Origin: Williopsis jadinii
Lineage: Eukaryota
Reading direction: 5' to 3'
Assembly: GCA_024346625.1 (NCBI GenBank)
Contig: AP024664.1
Location: forward strand, 3,100,001 to 3,164,000
DNA length: 64,000 nt
Part shown: positions 56,091 through 64,000 of the stretch, one piece after another
Position numbering within the stretch: position 1 is the stretch's first letter
Layout: each line of letters begins with the position of its first letter
The notes under the pieces: model-generated
What the model saw: the letters and a program-made list of their open reading frames with translations, nothing else
Database searches by the model: none
What the model was told of the DNA's origin: nothing
Translations under genes and position numbers: made by a program

Positions 56091-59000
56091 TCAATAGTCC
56101 AATACGTGCTTCTTTGGGAAGTCTGTGATTGTTGGAACAGGGATCTCTGGAACGTAGTAGACTTCGCCATTTTCATCAATTCTTTCACGATCCTTTTCAC
56201 TAATGTTGTAGATCTCAACAATGTTCTCCTTCAGCTCGTTGAGCAGATCGACAAAGTTCTTCTGTATCTGGTATGCCTGCTCTCTTTTAGATCTCCGTAA
56301 CAGCCCTTCAATCAGACGAACAGCCTCCGGCTTGGTCTGGTCAAGTCTCTCAATCATTCTCCCCACAGATTTCACAAGATATTCTTCCTCATATATTGTT
56401 CCCTTCTTACCTCTGGCCCTTTTTCTCTCCTCTCTTCTCTTGTTCTTTACGGTTCTTCTGGACGCACCAGTCTTTGCGGTGCCAGAGGTCTTACCCGTAT
56501 AACGTGTGAAGAAGGAATCCTTTGTAGAAGTTTCAGATGGTGCAATAGAGACATTATCTGCAACATCAGACTCTTCAACCTGGCCATAGAATGCGTAAGG
56601 GTCCTGCTCCTTCTTCTCTCTGAGCTCTCTCAGTCTTCTCAATTGAGACTGAAGCTGACCTTTACAATCAGCCAACAGTTCGGCGATAGTACCAAATCCA
56701 TCACCAAGACCTGGATCGACAACGCCTTCAATAAGCTCAGTCTTGGAGTTAACAGTAGAAAGCAGGATGGCATCCTCATAGAAGTACTCCTTACAATACA
56801 GGGATACAGCTTCTTCAATATTTCCAAGACGTTCTTGTACCCTTGCGGCGTCCGAGTAGCGATGTGAATCTTTAAGTGCTGTGATGAGCCTATCAGCAGT
56901 CTCTTCTAACTGATCTTTGTATTCCGGATTTTCAGTAATGGTTAAAGCTTCTTTCCATTTTTGACCATTGATGTAGCACTCTAGAGCATCTGCAAGATCA
57001 CCAAGAAGCTCATATGTGAGACCAGCTTCGACGTATTCCTGCTTTGATGATAAATTCTTTGCATAAAGAGATAGGATAACGTTCTGCTTATCAGTTTCAT
57101 ACTTGAAAATGGACAACCCGGTTTTATACAACTCGTGTTCGACAACGTAGTCCTTGAATTCTTCCGTCAGATCTTCATATTTGTGAATCTCAGCAAGATG
57201 ACCAATTGCCTTTTCATACTTCTTTAGATATGTGTCGATAAGGAACCTACGACGGAGCTCTGTCTGATCAAACAAATTTTGCAAAAATGGCAAGTACTCC
57301 TTAGGATCCATCTGAGATTGTTGTGCTATGGCCAACGCTAACTTGATGTCGTAGATCCCCAGTGCTACTTTATACAACAGGTTCACATCCTGAAGGAAAC
57401 ACAAATGAACAACACACTTTTCAGCTTTCTCAATGTTGTCAATTGAATGAATCAGGTTCAGTGCAGCCTCCAAATTTGCTGGTTTCTCACACGCGTAAGC
57501 AGTGATGATGGTTTGAAGGTACTCGTCTTTATAGTCTGGTTTCAGCAGAACTTCAATAATGGCTTCGCAGATCTTGTTGATCTTGGAGTCGCTTGGATCA
57601 ATCCAGTTTGACTTATTTGATATTTTACCCTGCTGTTGCTGTCCTTGTTGCTGTTGGTGCTTAACACGTTCATCAAGCTCTTCATCTGAATTGGTCTCCA
57701 CATATTTCGTCTTCGTGACATCCTCCTCATGTAAACAGGAGACAAATAAATCCAGATAATCGATTCTTTCAACTTGCTTAATAAACAGTTCAACGTTAGA
57801 AAAGAACAGCTCTGGATCATAATCGTGCAAGATATCGAGATCAATTCTATGCGTACGACATGTAGTGAATGCAGATCTGTAGGCCTTAGCCTTGATATCT
57901 GCCCTCACACCACTTAGAATCATGATTCTTGGATTAACCGTTTCTAGATTTCCTCTTGGTGCCTGTAATACAACAGCAGATTTAGATGGGATAACGTTGA
58001 CCAATAAAGAACCTCTCTCAATGGAACGAATTCTTTCATCATGAACAACATCCGTGGATTCAACGAGTGGCTTAAAGACCAAAGTGTTCAGATGGACAAA
58101 TCTTAAAGTATGTTGAGCCGTGGTGATAATAAGATGGCTTTCGGTAAGCTTGAACGAGGTTGCAGAGCTTGTCAATTGAACATTGTTGGCAAAGAGTTTA
58201 CCACTGGAGGTAAGTCCAAAGGCCACAACGTTAGAAGATGGCTTTTCTTCTCTCCATTCAGAGTATCCTTCGTATTCATCTTCAACCTCACTGGTATGTA
58301 TAGTTGTGACTTCATAATCAGAACAGAGTTGTGGGAACTTACTCACAAGAGTTGGAGTATATTCTGCATCTTCGAGATTATCTAATGACATGTTCAATAC
58401 GTATACAGAACCATCAATGGCAACATATGAGAGCATATCCCAATTGGAAACTGGTTTTGTCAATATGACCTTTGAATGTGTGTCAATGATATCTTTAACG
58501 AATGGTTCTGTTGTAGAGACATCGATGAGAGTGATCTTGGAAACACCAATCTCATCATCACTCAGCACTGCCACGGTATCATCGTTGATGAAGTTGATCT
58601 GTCTGAATGTATCAGCATCGTTGAAGAACTCTTTCTTCTTCAAACTAGACACAATCTCTGGCTGGTCTCCCAAACGCAGTGCATCGATGTCGCTGGTGGC
58701 GATAACGACTTCCGTGCTTGTCAAGACAGCGTAATTCTCATTTGACCTCGACACGGCAACATCAATCACAGCTTCATCCACCTCCAATTCTCTGTATGCC
58801 ATAGGCGGTGGGACATTTGCCAATGATAAAGGTGTTATGTTCACAGTGGCACCATCAACCACCAAATTCATACCGATATCTAATGGCATAATACAAGGAC
58901 CAGTTGTTGTCTTGTAAGCAAAGTTCAAGATCTCAAAACCATTATCTTTAGCCATGAGTAGAGTCAGTGGTTTTTCAGGGTGCCAGTGGATGGACTTAAT

Positions 59001-60077
59001 GTTGGTTTGTGAATTGACCTCTTGTTTCAAGTACCAATGGTAGTTCTTTGTAGTCCAAATTTGGACTTTGTTATTTGATAAGATTGCCAATACTTCGTTG
59101 TTTGAATTCCATGCAATAGAGTCGACTGGTGCATCCAGTGGCAAGCGAGTATCAAACTCACCATGGCGAAGACCATTTCTTTCAAAGAATATCAAATCTA
59201 GCGAATCTTCTTCATTCCCATAGTTCTTTCTCTGGATCGATGCAATGAGGTTACCCCACGCGAGTTGGTTCTCTTGGAAATCAACAGGTTCTGACACATT
59301 TTCCAACACACCTTCTTTGGTGAATACTCTAACCATCCTTCTCTCAACTTCATTGATGACATCAATAGTCGAGACGGCAAAGTATTCACAATCTTTTCTC
59401 CATGATATTGTGGAGCCACGGGTATCAAATGGTGACAGAGTACCCTTGTCGACATACAGAGGCATTGTTGGATCCCTCTTATTCATATCTCTCTCCAGGT
59501 CCAGGTTCTTAATCAGGTTTCTCTCCTGTTCTCTTGCACCGGCACCTCTAAACTGCGTCTCTTTACTTCCCCAGCCCACGTCAACATGATTTGACAACTG
59601 CGCGTCTTCCGGCTTGAGCTGAACATCCGTCAGGCACTCAAAGTCTCGGTTAAACACAATCACGGTGTTTTCAACAGTGGACAGAACTAGTGTCTCCTCA
59701 TCAGGACTCCATCTAGCGTCCCTGATATCACAGTATATCTGGCCAACTCTTTCAACAACTGGTTCATGCTCATTATCGGACGAATATACAGATGTAATCA
59801 GATCACCATTGGCCATAACAAATACCAATGTGTTCACATCACTGAAATGAGCAAAACTGATGATTTTGGAATCGTGTGGGAAGCTCGTGAGTGTCACAAC
59901 ATCACCTTGCTTGGAGAGCTGTTGGACCTCATAGACGTTGAACTCTCCTGGTCCGAGAACCACGGTAATCGAGTCGTTATTGATAGGATCAAAACCCGCT
60001 GTACCCAGAGGTAAGTCGGGAGCAGTCTTCGACTCAGTGGATACAATACCTCTATTGATACAGATCAGGTTACGCAT
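56091..60077 (-). CDS. ELP1: Elongator subunit 1 (Iki3)
   Basis: MRNL start, VGWGSKETQFRG, FFERNGLRHGEF, NYHWYLKQE, QAPRGNLETV, RKRARGKKGTIYEEEYL. Confidence 0.97.
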   Translation of the reverse strand: MRNLICINRGIVSTESKTAPDLPLGTAGFDPINNDSITVVLGPGEFNVYEVQQLSKQGDVVTLTSFPHDSKIISFAHFSDVNTLVFVMANGDLITSVYSSDNEHEPVVERVGQIYCDIRDARWSPDEETLVLSTVENTVIVFNRDFECLTDVQLKPEDAQLSNHVDVGWGSKETQFRGAGAREQERNLIKNLDLERDMNKRDPTMPLYVDKGTLSPFDTRGSTISWRKDCEYFAVSTIDVINEVERRMVRVFTKEGVLENVSEPVDFQENQLAWGNLIASIQRKNYGNEEDSLDLIFFERNGLRHGEFDTRLPLDAPVDSIAWNSNNEVLAILSNNKVQIWTTKNYHWYLKQEVNSQTNIKSIHWHPEKPLTLLMAKDNGFEILNFAYKTTTGPCIMPLDIGMNLVVDGATVNITPLSLANVPPPMAYRELEVDEAVIDVAVSRSNENYAVLTSTEVVIATSDIDALRLGDQPEIVSSLKKKEFFNDADTFRQINFINDDTVAVLSDDEIGVSKITLIDVSTTEPFVKDIIDTHSKVILTKPVSNWDMLSYVAIDGSVYVLNMSLDNLEDAEYTPTLVSKFPQLCSDYEVTTIHTSEVEDEYEGYSEWREEKPSSNVVAFGLTSSGKLFANNVQLTSSATSFKLTESHLIITTAQHTLRFVHLNTLVFKPLVESTDVVHDERIRSIERGSLLVNVIPSKSAVVLQAPRGNLETVNPRIMILSGVRADIKAKAYRSAFTTCRTHRIDLDILHDYDPELFFSNVELFIKQVERIDYLDLFVSCLHEEDVTKTKYVETNSDEELDERVKHQQQQGQQQQGKISNKSNWIDPSDSKINKICEAIIEVLLKPDYKDEYLQTIITAYACEKPANLEAALNLIHSIDNIEKAEKCVVHLCFLQDVNLLYKVALGIYDIKLALAIAQQSQMDPKEYLPFLQNLFDQTELRRRFLIDTYLKKYEKAIGHLAEIHKYEDLTEEFKDYVVEHELYKTGLSIFKYETDKQNVILSLYAKNLSSKQEYVEAGLTYELLGDLADALECYINGQKWKEALTITENPEYKDQLEETADRLITALKDSHRYSDAARVQERLGNIEEAVSLYCKEYFYEDAILLSTVNSKTELIEGVVDPGLGDGFGTIAELLADCKGQLQSQLRRLRELREKKEQDPYAFYGQVEESDVADNVSIAPSETSTKDSFFTRYTGKTSGTAKTGASRRTVKNKRREERKRARGKKGTIYEEEYLVKSVGRMIERLDQTKPEAVRLIEGLLRRSKREQAYQIQKNFVDLLNELKENIVEIYNISEKDRERIDENGEVYYVPEIPVPTITDFPKKHVLDY

Positions 60078-60142
60078 CCCGCCAGCTCTGTTTTTCCTAG
60101 TGACCGTGTTGAATGCTGAGTTGTTGATGTGAGAATCTACAT

Positions 60143-60170
60143 AAAATTTTCATACACCAGAAGCTCATCG
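60143..60170 (-). promoter_or_regulatory. RRPE + PAC ribosome-biogenesis elements upstream of ELP1
   Basis: TGAAAATTTT (60152-60143) and CGATGAGC (60170-60163) on the - strand. Confidence 0.65.
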
Positions 60171-60243
60171 TGTAGGGCCACGACTGCACACTTGAAATTA
60201 CTCCATCAATTACTGGGTTATACCTGTGGAAACCATGCTGAAT

Positions 60244-61947
60244 TCAGTGGTTAATGACCTTGGAGGTGTTGATTACTCCATCAGTGATCACCAGGAACTG
60301 TCTCTTAGAGTTCTTGGCCAAGTGTGTCAGGCTTGCGAGTTCCGCGTACGTCAAGCCACCAATCATGACAACTATAACCGTTGAACCTTCAACTTGCAAC
60401 GATGCACCTCCTTGTTTCGATTCATTTATGAGAGATTCCTCTGTGGATTTACCAATGATTGCAGATAGATCCACGTCATCCCAGTTGGATCTTTTGTCGT
60501 CGTTTAACGTTTTCCTGATAACTTGTGTGACCAAGGGAGTGTAGCCACGGTAAGATATGTCTCCCTCAGAGTCGTCCTGTTGTACAAGTTGTAGTGAATT
60601 GGACAATTGTGAGTAATTTTTGATGATTGACGGATCACCCCTGATCGTGATTATACCAATCTTTATCAGCTTCTGCAAAATGGACCAGTATTTGATTCCG
60701 TACTGCTCAACAATGTCATTTGTCAACTTGTTGTAGTCGGATTCACGTAACCCGTTAAAAGTTATAGATATGATACCAATTAGTCGAAGTACGGTCACCG
60801 CATCGTAGTCAAAAGCATATATCCATTCTTGGATTGTGGAGATCGAATTTGAGTAGCTCAGCGATTGTGTTATGAGGTCCTGTTGGAATTCCAGCAGGGT
60901 GTTGAAGTTGGCACTGTTCTTGATATCCAACTTTTGCAGTACAAATTCGCTGATCCTTGTGTGTAGTGCCACGTTGTTCTTTGCATCCTCCAAATCTTTC
61001 AGCTGAGTGACGATATCTTTGGAGATGTCAGTCTTGGTCTTCTTCACCAATTCATCGTATTGCGACTGTAAGGACTTTGCCTGTTCGTTCAAGAAATCAC
61101 ACGCCAGCCCAAAATTCATTTGTTGAATCTTGTCGAATATCGGACTTTCGTTGAAATAGACCAATTCCTCGTCCAGCTTGACGTTGTTTATATCGATTCC
61201 AAGGGATTCATCTATAATTCCCATATAGTTTAACTGGTTTAACAGCACGCTTAAAAAGTCCAGGTTTCTTTCAAAAACCATGAGGTCACACTGTAATCCT
61301 GAATCCAACTGTTCAAACAACCCGTTCTTAATCTTCAATTCCTTTGACTTAGACAGCTGATCCATATTTTGTAGATTGCTCTCCATTCTTTGTTTCAAGT
61401 GCTGGACAAACTTATTCGAATTCAACCCCTTTGCAAAGATCTTTGTAATGTACAAATTCTGTGTACTGAGCTCCTGATTCAACAGATCCACCAATTTCGA
61501 CGCCAAGTTCGGTGTCTTGTACTGGTACAGACTGTTGAATTCAGCCAGCTGTAAGTGGATCAGTCTCAGGTTATCACAGAGTGGAGTCTGAATGGACAGC
61601 TTCCAACTCGTCACGGTGTTGATATCACCGATTAGTCCCTGTTGTTGGAGGTTCCATTGGAAGCTTCTCGAGTAGTCATCAGTTATCACAAGGTCGATCT
61701 GTCTTCCAGAGAGACGTTGTATCCATATCTTCAACTTTGGGACGTTATCCAGGCCAGAATGGATTAGAATAGTTATCGGCAGTCGATCATCTTCAAAGTC
61801 AACAGAGTCTTCAAACCAGTGCACCGACTCTATATTTGCCTCCCTCTTGAACTTTGAGAAGGGAATGAGATAGTTCAAGGGGGACGACAGCGACCTCTCA
61901 ATGATAAAGTGTTTGCTCTGCGACCCAATGATATCCAGCAGATCCAT
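60244..61947 (-). CDS. VPS33: Sec1/Munc18-family protein of HOPS/CORVET (divergent Vps33)
   Basis: DLMVFERNLDFLSVLLNQLNYMGIIDE, IVVMIGGLTYAELASL, VITDGVIN; close to COX8 as VPS33 is in S. cerevisiae. ATG at 61947. Confidence 0.8.
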   Translation of the reverse strand: MDLLDIIGSQSKHFIIERSLSSPLNYLIPFSKFKREANIESVHWFEDSVDFEDDRLPITILIHSGLDNVPKLKIWIQRLSGRQIDLVITDDYSRSFQWNLQQQGLIGDINTVTSWKLSIQTPLCDNLRLIHLQLAEFNSLYQYKTPNLASKLVDLLNQELSTQNLYITKIFAKGLNSNKFVQHLKQRMESNLQNMDQLSKSKELKIKNGLFEQLDSGLQCDLMVFERNLDFLSVLLNQLNYMGIIDESLGIDINNVKLDEELVYFNESPIFDKIQQMNFGLACDFLNEQAKSLQSQYDELVKKTKTDISKDIVTQLKDLEDAKNNVALHTRISEFVLQKLDIKNSANFNTLLEFQQDLITQSLSYSNSISTIQEWIYAFDYDAVTVLRLIGIISITFNGLRESDYNKLTNDIVEQYGIKYWSILQKLIKIGIITIRGDPSIIKNYSQLSNSLQLVQQDDSEGDISYRGYTPLVTQVIRKTLNDDKRSNWDDVDLSAIIGKSTEESLINESKQGGASLQVEGSTVIVVMIGGLTYAELASLTHLAKNSKRQFLVITDGVINTSKVINH

Positions 61948-62374
61948 GTTGCGACCACAGTGCTTGTGGCGTGAAGTACGGTGAAGTAGAGACACCCGTA
62001 CAAATTTCGCACATACAAAGTGCTTCAAAAGCGGTACAGCTGTACGGAAAGAGGTCAGGAAAACGCTTCACGCTACCAAAATGCTTCACACGGGCTACAA
62101 AGGGCTACAAAGAGCTCCCTGGGACTCCCAGGGAGTCCCAGTGCCCCCCGAGAGAACTACAAAACATGACCCGTTGTTAAATAAATACCCCAAATGACCA
62201 AGATCTTATACGTTATATTGAAGCATATACATCTCAACATATACATACAACGCCATTTGGAAAAACCCGTCTGTGGAAAAGAAGAGAAACTATTCTTTAT
62301 ATGTCTGTGTGCTCGTGTGGTGTTCTTTTTGTTTCGTTCATGGCAATATGAATATCTTTGGCTGCTCCGCTAAT

Positions 62375-62548
62375 TTATTCCTCAGCGTTGTTTGCAAGGG
62401 AAGCGTAGTAGGCCTCTCTCTTTGCAACTTTGGTCTTGTGGAATCCCCACCACCAGTAGGAGGCAAATCCGAATCCAAGGGTCAAACCAATGGAGATATC
62501 AACAGCAATCTTCTTCTTAAGGGTACCAGTGATTGGAGCAATTGGCAT
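62375..62548 (-). CDS. COX9: Cytochrome c oxidase subunit VIIa (57 aa)
   Basis: Manual translation MPIAPITGTLKKKIAVDISIGLTLGFGFASYWWWGFHKTKVAKREAYYASLANNAEE; below the ORF-track cutoff. Confidence 0.95.
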   Translation of the reverse strand: MPIAPITGTLKKKIAVDISIGLTLGFGFASYWWWGFHKTKVAKREAYYASLANNAEE

Positions 62549-62650
62549 TGTTAAAATACGTTGTTTTGTTAACGGTCTCGTTGCAGTTCAGCAGTAAACG
62601 GTAGTGGGTCAAGTTTTTTTTTTAACTTGTCCCCCCAAAGCAGCACAGAG

Positions 62651-62757
62651 CCAATAATTAGGCAGAGAAAAAAAAACTGGCGCCATAAAAATCCACAGCG
62701 CACAGAGAGCGAGGGAGCGAAAAAAAAACACACAACAACAATGCGCCGTGGACCAAT
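62651..62757. promoter_or_regulatory. CCAAT (Hap2/3/4/5) boxes in the COX9/COX8 bidirectional promoter
   Basis: CCAAT at 62651 and 62753 between two respiratory genes. Confidence 0.6.
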
Positions 62758-62940
62758 GAGAGTCGGCGCGAATGGTCAGTAGGGTAATGGGCGTTGTGTA
62801 GTGCGACATCCCCGATGGGGCAATCTTCCACAGAATCACACTACACGCCGCTGGTGAAGTTTTTAACAGGCCCAACTCTTCCTGTTCTCTTCAACTTCTC
62901 TTGAGGACGCTTCTGCTCAGTAGAAACAACCATATTGAAA

Positions 62941-63159
62941 ATGTTCGCCAGACAACTCGTTCAGACCTCCAAGAGAGCTTTCTCATCCTCCTCCAAATCT
63001 GCTGTTCACTTCAAGGAGGGTGTCTATGAGAACATCCCATTCAAGGTGCACAACAGAAAGATCCCATACGCCGTGATCCACTTTGGCTTCTTTGGTATTG
63101 CCGCTGCTGTTCCATTCATTGCTTCCTTTGTCCAATTGAAGAGATCTGGTGCTTTCTAA
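62941..63159 (+). CDS. COX8: Cytochrome c oxidase subunit VIII
   Basis: Presequence followed by VHFKEGVYENIPFKV...VQLKRSGAF. Confidence 0.95.
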   Translation: MFARQLVQTSKRAFSSSSKSAVHFKEGVYENIPFKVHNRKIPYAVIHFGFFGIAAAVPFIASFVQLKRSGAF

Positions 63160-63366
63160 TTGCCGAGGAAGTAACACTTATATTCTATATTACATTACAT
63201 GACAGTTCTTTTTGACTTTGTTGTAGGGTTGTCGTTGTAGAGCAGCGGAGCGCATTGTTCTGCGGGCTATGGGCTTACACAGTGGAGTCAAGTATTGACG
63301 TAGAATAAATAAGAAGAGAATAAATAGGGCGAGCTCAGAGCTGTGTTAAATAAGCCAGGAGTAGAA

Positions 63367-63779
63367 TCATTTCAACCCGCTGGCAGCGGCCTTGTTCCAT
63401 CTGTCTATGACTTGTTCTGGATATTCCTCCTTTGGGTTATGTTCAATACCACGACACAGCTGGAAAACAACAAGGGAGAAGAGCGCAGCGCTGCTGCCAA
63501 TGAGAAGCACATTCGACTTGTAGTTCTTTGGAGTGAACCACCAACCACCTTGAGAAACAAACGTGTTAGTATGTACCGAATACAGATATACCGCTAAATC
63601 GACGAACCTGTTGGTGCCCAGACGTGCTGTTTACAATCTTTGTTAGTATGGAAGGGGGATACAGCTGGCGTAGTACAGAAGAAAAACATACCTTTGGGGA
63701 AGGGAAGTGTCCACCACTCTGATTAGGTGTTAGTAGCTTGGTTCCATATGCTGATTTCCTCGGTCTGTCAACTAACCAT
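63367..63779 (-). CDS. Small complex I accessory subunit, NUUM-type, 4 exons (63779-63777, 63718-63692, 63626-63608, 63548-63367), 76 aa
   Basis: Three introns, each with TACTAAC, give MSGGHFPSPKHVWAPTGGWWFTPKNYKSNVLLIGSSAALFSLVVFQLCRGIEHNPKEEYPEQVIDRWNKAAASGLK. The PKHVWxPxGGW motif plus one TM matches the NUUM family. Confidence 0.82.
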
Positions 63780-64000
63780 CGTTGTCTATTTGTTAATTGG
63801 TGTTGAACGTTGTGTGCGGTCGGTTGAAGTTTACTTACCAGCTTCCATTTTTTCCCTTCCTCTTTCTCCTTTTCTTGAACGGACCGAGGGGTTGAGCCTA
63901 GTGGGAAAGCGCAGCGGGCTCGGGCCTGCGTCCACTGGGCTGGCCTTAGTGTGCGCGCTCCGCCCAGCGTATGGGGTTTCTCTCTCTTTCTCTCTCTCGG

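Overview
Gene-dense chromosomal DNA from a budding yeast (Saccharomycotina). It uses the standard code (CTG = Leu in the invariant LGNGGLG motif of GPH1). Gene order looks pre-whole-genome-duplication and a complex I subunit is present, so a Cyberlindnera/Wickerhamomyces-like yeast is plausible but unproven. About 32 protein genes: ARC15 (partial), ARG5,6, FIS1, RMD8, RTF1, YGL242C-like, KAP114, MDM38, Dsc4-like, DUT1, GUS1, RAI1, an aldo-keto reductase, a kinesin-6-like motor, YRB2, EFM4, SNP1, NOT4, MCM7, GPH1, KEX1, an orphan membrane protein, PAB1, RLI1, SMC6, USO1, RAD59, ELP1, VPS33, COX9, COX8 and a NUUM-type complex I subunit. There are also two tRNA genes. Seven genes need splicing that the ORF track misses, and three genes are absent from it (ARC15, COX9, NUUM-like). 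No CRISPR array, intact transposon or clearly new multi-gene system is supported. The best leads are at the RNA/splicing level: a structured 5'-UTR intron of MDM38 that appears to base-pair over its own 5' splice site, a U1-70K intron with an ATG-only exon and a weak donor, relaxed GTNNGT donors throughout, and candidate spliced or structured non-coding transcripts in two intergenic regions. All protein assignments are from recognition of motifs; no database searches were run.
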